From the NCBI GenBank assembly GCA_013115125.1, contig JABANN010000185.1:1-55380 (forward strand): 55,380 bases of DNA, in the 5' to 3' direction. Made by a program: the position numbers and the translations under genes. Positions within the stretch are counted from its first letter, which is position 1; each line of letters starts with the position of its first letter. Positions 25,717-37,411 of this stretch are shown piece by piece. This stretch comes from Perkinsus olseni. Taxonomy: Eukaryota. The notes beneath the pieces are model-generated. The model was not told the DNA's origin, ran no database searches, and saw only the letters and a list, made by a program, of their open reading frames with translations.

Positions 25717-27371
25717 GGCAGGTTCATCCGATAAGATATCTCCCATACCGGCCTTCCAATCTTCCGCTGTACTTCAAAAATAACGCCAAGAAAATGGCGA
25801 GTAACTAAAGTATGAACGAGCATGAGCACAACAACAAGCACCATAACGAGTGGCAAAAAGACGATGATTCGAACGCTTCGCTCCGCCCTGATATCCTACC
25901 AATGTAAGACTCCAGCTGATGCCTCCGAAGCGGCCTACAGAACCCCCAGCTGCATCTTCTTGTAGGTTAATTATTTGGTTAGCACCAGCATTACCTAAGA
26001 AGCAACCTGCCGGGATCGAACCCACGACCTTGCGCTACTCATATAATCCTTTATAGACTGCATGCGCCTCATCGTGTCCCGGCTTCGTAACCATTCTAGT
26101 CTGAGACTAAGTGGTGCCTTCAAGCAGGAACAGAGCCAGAAGGATAACTTTTCAAACTCGAGAGGCCTCATAGCTTGCCTAAAAATGATGAAGATCATGT
26201 CCGAGGAAATAACACATCAATTTCTGCCGTGACTGAATGTGGCCTTACAGTTGCGTTCTGGTGGGCCTCGATCTGTTGTCATGGAGTTGGTTGAATTTAT
26301 TGATACCCATCTCGCCAGTCATCGGCAAACGGTCATCGTAGAGAATAGCGAGACAAGCTTCCGCTGTAAAGAGGACTGTTGAGATAGTATTTCAATCACG
26401 ACCTACCAACTCCAACAATATCGTCTCGCTGTTCTTGCTCCTCCTCCTGCTGCTCCTGCTGATTGCTGCCAGCGTCATCCCTCACTGCCGTGGTACTGTA
26501 CTTCCTAACTTTGAACCCCGAAGTGTTGGTATCTGGCCTCAGCATTAGATGGCAGTGGTGAATTGGTAGTATTACATGTTTCCAAACCAACACCTTCGAT
26601 GCGGCCTCGCCCAACGAACCAGATACGGCCTCCTCTGACCTGTAATATCTCTCCCAAAATTGAAGGCTCGTCATCCCCTCCATCACCTGCATTCATACAT
26701 TCTGACACCTCTAGCTGTCTTTCGATTACCGTCGATCTGAGCTACGACACTTCTGGCAGCTCCTCCCCTCCATACCGCTCTGGCTGCATCAGCTTCTTCA
26801 TCAGTTACTATGAAAGACTGTCGATTACCGTAGGGGAAGAGGACGCTGCCGTGAGGAAGCCTGATGAGGTAGTCTTCCTGCAGGCCCAGCTGGTGCGATA
26901 CTCGTACCGTATAAAAGGGAAGAAGACCCCTTGGGCGCTGCCGTCGGCGTCGTCACTCGGCGCATTAGCTTTCTCCTCTTCCTCCAACTCTTTGACTTCC
27001 TTCGAACGCAAAGCATACTCTTCTGGGAATCTATTAACTGGGTGTACGACGACATCAATTAACGCATGTCTAACCCATTTCGAATCTTTCCCTGATCGAC
27101 CTAAGATTCTCACCTTTGTTGTATTAAATTGGCCACCATGACATTAGTGCTTCCTATGAATGGACACGGTGCTCGGCATGACTGAGCAGGAGGACACGTT
27201 GGTAGTGCTGTTGTACACAGTGCTCATGTTACCGGGCAGAGTTGTCGATGATCCATCGTCTTCGTAATACAGTACTTACAGAAGGTATGCCCACAGGCAG
27301 TGGTAACGGGTCTACACAGAAAAGAAGGAGTCTTGTTCAATCAACGAGTAATTAAAGACAGGCGTCCTCAT
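25717..27371 (-). CDS. BSD-domain protein, possibly TFIIH p62-like (multi-exon, ends approximate)
   Basis: VMEGMTSLQFWERYYRS resembles the BSD 'FW.RY' signature. Confidence 0.4.
25995..26038 (-). other. 44-nt GT-AG segment (probable intron) consisting of a tRNA 3'-half-like sequence with B-box
   Basis: GTAGCGCAAGGTCGTGGGTTCGATCCCGGCAGGTTGCTTCTTAG. Confidence 0.6.
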
Positions 27372-27649
27372 ACACTCCTTAAGTAGTTCCCAAGTCAAAA
27401 CGAACGGGAGGCATGTGTAGGAAGTAGTGTAGTATTACTCGACCAGAAGCCTGAGGCATATCGGACATTCGAAGGTCGTCATGGTCCTATCATCCTCTTT
27501 AGACTTGTTGTTATCCCCCATCCCATTCACTGGACTGTCGATCATTAAAATACCAAAACTAGATCGTCACCCCTTGAGTGACTAGTAACTCAAAATCAAA
27601 GTTAGAATATCACTGAAGCGGACCAGTCAATAGCAAGCTGCCTAGACAT

Positions 27650-28133
27650 TTATCGCTTCTTACCGTACAAGGCGGCCTCGGCCTGAACAGATGATAACAG
27701 TGATGATGATCCCCTGAGGATGACTGTTGTGGTATTACCTTCTTCTTGGAGCTGTCGCCGAGCTCGAAATGCTTGCAACGCTTGATGGGCATCATACGCT
27801 TGCACTTGCACTTAGTGCACTCCAACTTGAGGACGATCTTCTTAGTAGTCTTAGCCTTCTTACGGAAGACAGGCTTGGTCTGACCTCCGAAACCGGCCTG
27901 CTTACTATCGTAACGCCTCTTACCCTGGGCGACCAAGGAAGCCTTACCGGTCTTGTACTGAGTAACCTACAGCAACACGACGATAGTCACAATAATCACC
28001 GTACTAACGACTGACGATAATCATCAATAAACGACAGTATCTCTCCACCCAAGCCTAGTGGTAGTACCTTCTGACCGGTATGCTTCTTGCAGCGCTTGCA
28101 ATAGGTCTTGCGAGTCTTAGGAATGGTAACCAT
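27650..28133 (-). CDS. RPL44: 60S ribosomal protein eL42 (L44/L36a), 2 introns
   Basis: [69 protein letters not shown]. Confidence 0.98.
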
Positions 28134-28570
28134 GGCGGGCCCTTCAGCGACTGTTGGCGACGGTCGGTCTCACGAACACTGTAGCTATTATCGATCACTC
28201 GGGCGAGCGAGATATACGATAACGAGCTTTTTCGCTCTCACCAGGCATGCAGGTGATGATAACACAGTTGAGCCATAATGCTTCCAATAGCTATGGGATA
28301 TAGACCTTCATCCTCATAGAGTTGAAAGCGATAGGCAAAGGACGAGGGGTGCGGCAGGAAAAATGCTGATCAAAAAGGCAGCTACTGTCATTCATGAGTG
28401 TCGAAGATTTGACGTGTAGGCCTCGTGTATAGATCTGAGAACCTATGCTCCGCTACGACTGAGTGACCATCTCGAGCTCTTTGACGGAGTTATACAGCTC
28501 GTCGCTGCTGGACGTTAGCTCTGATGAAGAACATCTGCTAGCAGTTCGTGTGGCATAGCTTGCAATGAAC

Positions 28571-28686
28571 CTATGCTCCGTCGTTAGCCCACTCGAAGGG
28601 TTCCCATGCCGAGTGTACGATGCTGGTTGAGAATAGCCATTTACGACACAACTCGAACACACTGTATGATGGAGATCCCTGCACGC

Positions 28687-28741
<55 letters not shown>

Positions 28742-29609
28742 GAAGTTCAAACCCTTGGATCGTTTCCTAGGGTTGATCAACCTTCTATTCGGATTAACAA
28801 CGCTCATACTATGCCGCTTCCTGTTGGCCGGAGACCTCTTGCCGAGAGGAGTACTCAATGGGGTTGCAGGAACTGGAGTGGAGCTGTTGAGTGATCTGAC
28901 GAAAGAAGAATCACTTCGGCGTTTGAAGAGCGTGCATACTCTTAGCAGTATGACGGGACACTTACCCAGGAGTCTCCTCGTCCGCCTTCAACTGTTTTAT
29001 ATCATTCTGTAGCCGAGCCGTTTCTGAGGCGATAGCTGCGACCACCTCCCCCTGGCGAGGGGCTCTATCGATCCTCAGCTCAGCCTTGATGTGCCCGAGG
29101 TCGGATATAGCGTACTCAACCTCGACGACTGCAATACGAGTGTCTGATAAATGATGCCTCAACTGAGAATGGGAGTGACGGAAGAATCGATCGGAGATGG
29201 TCAGGGATATCATGCGAACGCTGAGCGTGTCGGACCAGGACAATAGGAGGACCTCCCCAGACACGAGAGACCGTCTACCTGATCCTTCAACTCGAACAGA
29301 GCAGCGATTGGCATCAGCCAGAGCGGGGAAGAGTAGCTCTCCGCAGAAGCTCTTGGCCGCTTCTTGCCGCTGTGCTGTACTCTCTTCAGACCCAGTGATG
29401 CCTGTGAGAACCTGCATGCCTCTACACGAATCACCCGTGTGCTCACCAATAGCTGCACGTAACAGCAAAACATCATCTGTTCTGAAGTCCTTGAGGAACT
29501 CTTCCCCGGACACGCTGGCGGCGAGGCGAACGCTGCTGCTTCCTTGAAAGCAAGCCAGGACCGATGGACCGTCGGGGAAAATCACTACCGAGCGCAGTGT
29601 AGTTGACAT
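28571..29609 (-). CDS. head + coiled-coil protein, XRCC4/PAXX-like (paralog 1)
   Basis: beta/alpha head, coiled coil ASETARLQNDIKQLK, C-terminal SVVNPNRR..RKRSKGLNFDD; homologous to adjacent gene. Confidence 0.5.
28687..28741. repeat. (CAT)18 microsatellite encoding poly-Asp on - strand
   Basis: perfect trinucleotide run. Confidence 0.97.
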
Positions 29610-30088
29610 TGCGAGAAAACTTTAGTAATTATCATCAGACTAGGAGCGCTAATAATTCCAAACGAGCGACGACTGTTGTCAACTTATGAGGGACAGAAAC
29701 TCAAATGCCGCGGTGAGAGACATCTAGCATGCATACCATCACTTCTTCAAATCATCTCTAAGTCTACCGATATGCTCAAGGCAGCTGCGATATGCTTCGT
29801 TATAGGCTTGCATAGCAGGCCCCATCATCGTCTTCCCATCACTGTGGCGCTCAGCTGGATTGACCCGATAGTAGCCGTATTTCTGTCTAAGACGTACTGC
29901 ATGACGGTGACACCAGCTCTGAGCGTGCTTGTCGAGGGGCATGTGGATGAATGGTACTGAAAGTACCGATGTAGTGGTGTAATCAGCCGAGATCCTACTG
30001 TAACGAGTCGTTCGACACTCCAACTTATTAACACAAGCTCTCGCTGGCTAGCATGTATCAGAAAAGCGTGAACATCCATACCTTAGAG

Positions 30089-31135
30089 TCATTCATTCTT
30101 AGCTTTTTTCGAAGATGCCTCTGCCATTGGCGTGCCGCCAGAATCCGGCAGCAGCAGTGGCCGCTTCGCTCCGCCTTCTACTGTACTCGATGCGACGGCA
30201 CTAGGCCCTGCAGCGGCGGCTATTGGGTTACTGAAAATATACACCCCGACGATTCAGAGGGCTGAATGTTGGAAAGCTATCTCAAGCACATCCAGTAGGA
30301 GCAGGGAACAAGACATGGTAGGAGACAAGAGGTTCGACCACCTGTTAGATTTGGCAGCTGCCAGAAGAATCTCCGCATCATGCAGCTTCCTCTGCAGCTG
30401 TTCAACAGTCCATTTAAGTCGTTTAGCTTCTCTAGCCAACGTCATGCACAACGGTTCCAACACCGCATGAGCTTGCGGGAGACTCAGACGCCCCTTAATT
30501 TGCCCATAATCCTCCACCGGAACACTGAAGGTGACGATGCACTCACCTGAGACACCGAGGCTGCCACAGAGTCCTCAGTTGTATAAAACTTGTGTATCCT
30601 GCAGTAAGCCTAGCACTTGGGATCGTCGAAGGAGCGAGAATCATTGGTCGGGGCAGCGGCGCTCTCGACGGCCATCGCAGCCGTCTCCAACGACAAAAGC
30701 TTCTTTCGCGTTTACCATTGTCCATTGAAACTCTGCACTTCCCTACAGTGGCCAATGCAGGCAGCAGGGACTTCGTAGCGAACTCGCTGGCCGATTTCCG
30801 ACGAGCACCAAGAGTCGTATCATAGTCATTAAACACTATGCCTACCACACCAAGCATAACTCCTAATACCACCGTAGTCGTTTACCAAGAGACAGACGAA
30901 GCTTGATGAGTTCGTCAGGGTCCAGACGTTTGTAATATTCCTTCCCTGCCACTGATGCTCTGACGCTCATTTGGATGCCTTCACGCGCGTCGCATTGAAC
31001 TGAGATAACGAGAAGAGTCCCGCCGTCGGCATAGTTTGCGACGATTGACTCCACGGGTAAAATCAGATTTGACAACTGCGAATCGGGGAAGTTGCGGTAC
31101 CCGTAACCTAGAGTGACGTCCTTACTACCAAACAC
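30089..31135 (-). CDS. head + coiled-coil protein, XLF/XRCC4-like (paralog 2; start unresolved)
   Basis: SVRASVAGKEYYKRLDPDELIKLRLSLG, SASEFATKSLLPAL, VEDYGQIKGRL, HAVLEPLCMTLAREAKRLKWTVEQLQ align with paralog 1. Confidence 0.5.
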
Positions 31136-31216
31136 ACGCCCAACAGGATGCCCTCAGAAACGCTAATATGATCTTCTATGCGAACTAACCGATTGACGGT
31201 ATTGAAAAAAATAATA

Positions 31217-32177
31217 CTAGTCCAACGGGCAGCCCCACATCTGCTTGAACCTCGGCACCAGGACCGCAAGGAAAGCTCCAGAGCCACCAAGATAGCAAGA
31301 TTTTACCAGGAAGCCCGAATAAAGGCCTGCCATTCCACGCTTAGCTGCTATGTCGGCCGCAGTCTTGAACATGTCAGTAACGCCAGAAATGAAGTACCCT
31401 GGTGTGAGGGGAGGACGAACAATCTCAGGATTGAAGGTCTCTGCTACCGCTTGCTTTTGGATGACCGTACGGACAACATCACACCAGCAGTTCAACGTCG
31501 TACCAAACACACCGGCACAGAAACCACCCGCCGTGTCCGACATTTTCCCGCGGCCAAAGATCTTATCAGTCTGATGACGGAAGATATCCAAGGAAAAGAA
31601 ATATCCTCCAGTCCAGAGCATCTGACGAAGCTGCATGCCCGTGTAGCCGATATACAGCCCCACCACGCCACGTGTACGGATCAAATGCCTGAGGGAATCA
31701 TGCTCAGCAATGCCGTAGTTGAATCGACTATTACCTCATAGTATCAGCCGTCCCTTTGAACTTCCCCTCAGCGTCCAATTGCTGAGCTAACTTCGCATTC
31801 TCGAAGGGGGAGATGGCGATGACTTCAGGTATAGTGGCGAGGGAGCCAGCGATGCCCTTCGAAAACGGCGTGCCGTCCTTCTGTTTGGCGTTGAAGACTC
31901 TCTGGTGAAAAATTGGCTGCAGCCAGAATTTGATAACTCTGGAGAACGTGGCACGCATCATCTCCGCGCCCAAACCCTTAGAGACGAAGCCCGAGGCACC
32001 GTGAGTCTGATAGAAGTTCTTAACCAATGTCGGGACGGATGAGCGTTGACCCGACGCCTGAGCCATCACCAGCGCACGGACTATGTCTACTGGGTACATG
32101 GCGAAAGCGGTGACGACAGCAGCTCCTGTTACAGGAGGGAGGGTGTCGAACGCAGAGGGAGTGGCCTTGGATGGCAT
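31217..32177 (-). CDS. mitochondrial carrier family protein (carboxylate-carrier-like), one intron
   Basis: repeat signatures YPVDIVR, SPFENAK, CWCDVVR; GLYIGY..MQLRQ, GLYSGF. Confidence 0.92.
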
Positions 32178-32299
32178 GACAGAAAAATGCTATGGGACAA
32201 CTCTGGGCATGGTGAACGAGATGAGGACATCTTGGACCACTTGCCATTCCTCAACGCAAGTAGTGTTTCCCAGCATTGAACAGTTTGATACGAAATGTA

Positions 32300-33655
32300 T
32301 CTAAATTGCAGTGGCCTGAAGGAGTTCAGCAACACTCGGCGGGGGTGGAATGAACAAGTCCAATGCGCCTGGGTAGAGGGCATCAAGCTTGTCCGCGCGA
32401 TCCTGTCCAATGCGGTCGACGTATCTACAGCGGAGCGGAGGGATTGGTCTGTCACGGCCACTGTCATAACTCCAGCAGACCGACTATCAATCGCGCATCT
32501 TCGAGTGGTGTGGTCGTGACCAGACTTACCCCTTCCATGCCCTCTCTCCTTCCCCTTCCCTCTTCTCCCACATCTTCAACAAATCAGAATAGGACACCAC
32601 AGCCCCGAACTCAGATATGTCCCTCATCCTGATCAACTTATCCGGGATGACGCTCGCCGAAGATATCCTGAGGAAACGAACACAGCAATACGCGCACGCC
32701 CACGTGATCGATTTGGGAATGCCTACTCCTCGACAGCCGCTTGGAACATAGCTTCCGCCATCACAGCGTTACCCTCAACCTCGAAGTTGACACCCTTCGT
32801 CACCAAAGCTCGCGCAACGTATCTGCTCAGGGCACGTGGTCATCCAGGGCAAGCGCGTAGACCCTCATCAAGCACCACAATCTTGCGAATCCACAAATAG
32901 TCGAAATCCGTACGTCGTTTTTATCTCTTGATTAGGGATTGCCTCGCATAACTTCAGCGCCGCATCATCCTTCTCCACCAGCTTGCTGTGGGCCTCCTTA
33001 CACTGCTGTACCAATGGTGCGTCGAAGGAACTGACGAGTCGACCGAGCGTGAACAGGTAGGCTTGAGAACAGCAGCAGACGAGCGCCCCTCCTTACTGAT
33101 CCTCCACTTCCGCAAGAGCTACTGGGACACCGTCCTTCAGCCCTGCCTCGGCCCTAGAGGCAACAGCACCTCGTAAGGCAAGCTGGGAGAAGGCCTCTCC
33201 CAGAGTGTTGACACTATTGGCGTTAGTGAAGGACTGAGCGGCACTGATAAGGTAGCCCTCATGCCTGATGAGACGATGCTCCACAGACCAGAGGGGCAGA
33301 GAGACAGACTTACCATTGGGCTATGCCGGCCAGCATGTCACACAGAGCTGTTTCCGCCTCCATGCGGGCTGGACTGAACACATCGTGGCCTGAAGAAGAT
33401 GGCATACCAAGTCTACTACTAAGCATCACCGGCTGATACTGACAACACCCTCTCGATGCTCGTGTACCGCGGAGGGACAGTGGGCTCACATCGTTGAATG
33501 AGAACTCTCGCCTGCTGCCACTTCCCAACCTCTGCCAACTTCAAGGCTTCATTAAACTCGGGCAACTGCTTAGCACTGGTCGAGAGGGAGCGGATGCCGG
33601 TGCCGAGGATCGAACCCGCGTTTATCCCTCCGCATATAGATAAAGGTGACATCAT
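32300..33655 (-). CDS. hypothetical helical-repeat (TPR-like) protein, probable mitochondrial presequence
   Basis: MMSPL..GIRSLSTSAK then ALKLAEVGKWQQARVLIQR; multiple short introns. Confidence 0.45.
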
Positions 33656-33899
33656 TTTCAAAGAAAAAACTTCCACAACTGATACAAAGCATTCCCAAGG
33701 CCCCACCGCCCAGTACCCAAGAAATGCAACGGGTCCGAAAAGAACACAAGCCCTGCGGTAGAGGAAACAGTCGTATTAATCCCATTTGGATTTCCTGCCG
33801 CGCTTATCGTGTCCTTCCCTTCCGCCACCATCTCTATCTAATATACACACAGGATGAGCGGAGCGATGCAGTTTTCGATAAATTACCTCTCTTTCCCAA

Positions 33900-36800
33900 T
33901 GATGGGAACTGGGCCAAACCTACTGTTCGAGTCGCTACGTTGCGGTCACCAAAGGCTCGTGTCACCCCGGGAGCGTAGATATCATCGTCATCGCAGGCTG
34001 AAAGATGGCAAGCTGTTCCGATCACACTTACGACGAAGTGAATCCCGAAAGATTGTATTCTCCGCTCCTACCGTTAAGATCCACATTGCCGCCGATTACG
34101 ACTGCCTTCTTGGTGGTATCTTCTTGCGAGTGTGAAGATACCTATTAGCTCAACCTTGCTCAACTTGAAAATTTGGCAAAGATTCTCCTACGAATTTTTT
34201 CCCAACTCCTGAGCTTAGACTCGTGCCCAGTCCCTCGGAGTATCCTAATCCGTGACGCTGCTGCGGCCCACCAGCCACGGCCGCTCTGCGCAAGCTCTTC
34301 GCAGCACGCTGACCAAGCTCCCGGGCAGCTGAGAAAATGATAGCCGAAGGAGGAGGCAGGAGAGAGGCCGACTCACCTGCGAAGGGTGGGAATTCCAGAG
34401 CGAAGTCCATGAGGGCTGAAGGGACCTCCTGATAGGAAAATCATCATCACTAGTGCCTTGACCGAGGCGCTGCTCATCACCTGCTTAGACTTCTCCATGT
34501 ACTCGACAAGCTCCGCCGCCATCTTGGCCGAATTGTCTTTCTTCACCAACAATGTGGTGGCATGGCCCGTGTGACCAGCCCTGCCCGTTCTACCCAATCT
34601 ATGAGTATGAGTGGTGAGGGTATCTACCACCAGCATCATTGACGGCCTGATGCAGTGGGCCCTCCCCTTTTACTGGACATATCATAGCAAATGACCTCCT
34701 TCACCGAGGGTATGTCCAGCCCTCTACTAGCAACATCCGTAGCGACCAAGACCTTAGTCTTACGAGATCGGAAGTCCGCCATAATCTGAAACTCGGCAGC
34801 TCATGATGATGTCCACCCTTCCGAACGATCAGACAACATGGATAGGCATTCAGGCTTTGTGGGTCGAGTCGGAAAAGAAGCTTCGACGCGGAGCACCAGA
34901 GCAATGCAACAATACCAAGACAGCGACCCGCGTCACAACAAGAGCGAGGCCCGACTCGGAACGCATGGGAGAACCGTTGGAGTCCTCATTCGACCACCGC
35001 AAGGGGACCGCCGACCCGTTCCTCCCTACCTTCATCCGTTCGTTCTGATCAGAGTCTCCATGCAGTGCCTCACATGGCAGGGACATGAACTCACGTACGG
35101 CTACGGCCAGCTCTGACGCGCCCGACTTTTGATTCACAAATATCAGCACTTGGCCATCCTGAGTTGTTCTCACGATTGCAGCAGATGCGCACATCATCAC
35201 GGGCCGACCTCTTCCTGGGCCTCATCCAGGATCCGCGGCAAGTTCTCCGAGAGCCAGTTGAATTTGTCATCCTTTTCTTCCAGGACCACCACATCCTGTG
35301 TCACCGCATGAGCAGCCCCGCCAGTAGTAGCGCTCGCGCCGACGAACAACCTCACCGGGTTCCTGCAGAAGAGGATCTCAATCCAACCTATTCTGTATCC
35401 TTCGCGGGTAACGTCAGGATACAGTACCTCATGATATCTCTGGCGAGCCTCTCGATCTTAGGTGGCATCGTTGCCGAGAAGAGCATAGTCTGGCGGTCAG
35501 GTCGAACTCTCTGGACTAGCGACCGGACCTAAAACAAATGAATCGAAATGTGACATTCATGAACCGTTTCGCTCCGCCCTACTTGATTTTCAAATCCCAT
35601 GTTGAGCATCCTGTCAGCTTCGTCTAAAACAACCCAGGCCGTGTCGCCGGTGAGGGACATACCATGTTCTTTCACAATGTCGATGCATCTGATGCGGAAA
35701 AACGGTGTAAAACAGCGGAGCGAAACAGACAGACCCTCAATGCTCACCTGCCAGGATTCCCCACGACAATATCACACGTGCCCTTCCTGAGGTCCTTGAA
35801 CTGTTCATATTTGGATAGACCACCAGCGAGTGTAGTGCCTGGTTGAACATCACCAAGATACCATTGTGCAACGCTGTCCCCTTTTGTGCCATCACTTGTT
35901 ATGCCGATATGTTTTCCCAGTTTATAAATAGTCTTTTCGATTTGTACTGCAAGCTCTCGAGTCGGGCAGAGTACCTGCCAACGGCAGCCGATGAGGAGCC
36001 GCCCAGCAGAGAGGAGGTCCCCGAGTCCACTCACCAACGCGAACGGACACGCGGGATGATCCTTGGTAGGGGCCGGTCGATCCGTCATGTCCGCGTGCTC
36101 TTTATGGTAAATTATGTGCATCACCAACGGCATCAAATACGCTAAAGTCTTCCCGCTGCCTGACGAACGACAGAGTTCGAACCCTCACTACTGTAACACT
36201 GCTGCTCCTGCCCTACCAACTCACCCGTGTCAGCGATGGCCATGACGTCCCTGCCTGATAGTACCGCCGGAATGGCTACACACTGGATGGGTGTGGGCTT
36301 CTGAAGGCGGACAGGCATCCAACCTCAGCAGTACGACCGTCTACCCTATCCGATACCCACCTCGAACTTCGCGTGTTTGAGTGCCTCCTTAACAGCAAGT
36401 GGTGGGCAGCACTGGTCGAACGTTGCCACACCTCGAGGTACCTGTGACGAGGATGTGACGGAAGGATGGTTCGTCCTGAGGTTCATGCTACTACCCCTTG
36501 CCCTGTTGCTGATATGAACTTCTCCTTATTGAATGCTCTCACCTCGGCCTCCGTCATTTTACTCACTTCTGGATGGGGCGCGTACGGCCACCTAAGTGAC
36601 AGTAATGATGAAAACGCTTCGCTCCGGTGCTGACCGACCTAGACACGTTAGGGTACTCTTTGCCTTGATGATCCACTGGTGGTAGGGCTTCTACTGCCTT
36701 CTTCCGACGATCGAGCACCTCATCCTCAGGCAGCACACCAGAGTCAGCATCATCTTCCTCTGACCCTCCGGTGCTCCCCAAACTCATTCCCGCTTCCTGA

Positions 36801-37303
36801 GCCCAATGGCAAGATGAGTGGCAAGACGAGGCTATACCCAGGAGCACGACCACCACCATGAGGCTGCCCTCCCCACCTTCTTCCGCCTCTCGAATCCTTC
36901 TGCTGCGGTCTCCTCATCATCGTTACCCATTATCTCCTCCTCAGTCGACGATATGTGTCGTTGCTGCGGGGCAATGAAAATAACGACAGCGTGACCTCGG
37001 CAGTTGCATGACTACATTGTCGCTCGCCGCCTTGTCTCTGGCAATCTCACTCTGAATGCCGGCCATGAAAGCGTCCAATGGGTCAATCTGCGCAGCTACC
37101 GGTGCCGTCTGCTGCTCAAGTGTGGCACCTATTGGCCATGCGATCTCGATGGGCGCAGCAGTAGAGACGACCGCTGTACGACTATTACTACTGTTGGCAG
37201 CTTGAGAACCCTGCTGTCCTCCACCCCCTCCCTCCTCATCTATCTCATCGAAGATGTTCTTTATCGGAGCCGCTCGACCGGCAGCCGCCTTCTTGAAGAA
37301 CAT
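33900..37303 (-). CDS. DDX42: DEAD-box RNA helicase, DDX42-like (3' end approximate)
   Basis: [77 protein letters not shown]. Confidence 0.85.
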
Positions 37304-37411
37304 CAGATGAGATCAACTTGTGAAGGGGATTATAAGGGGATGCACGCAACGACTTGTACTTGTAGGGCATCAAAAATATTCATACTGCGCAAAGATACGT
37401 TCAGTCCAAGC

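Noticed and set aside
28453-29012. Poly-Met and poly-Ser ORFs
   Set aside because: Alternative-frame readings of the (CAT)18 microsatellite
33595-33622. T-arm-like CGCGGGTTCGATCCTCGGCACCGGCA on - strand
   Set aside because: Lies in the predicted presequence coding region, not GT-AG bounded, no cloverleaf
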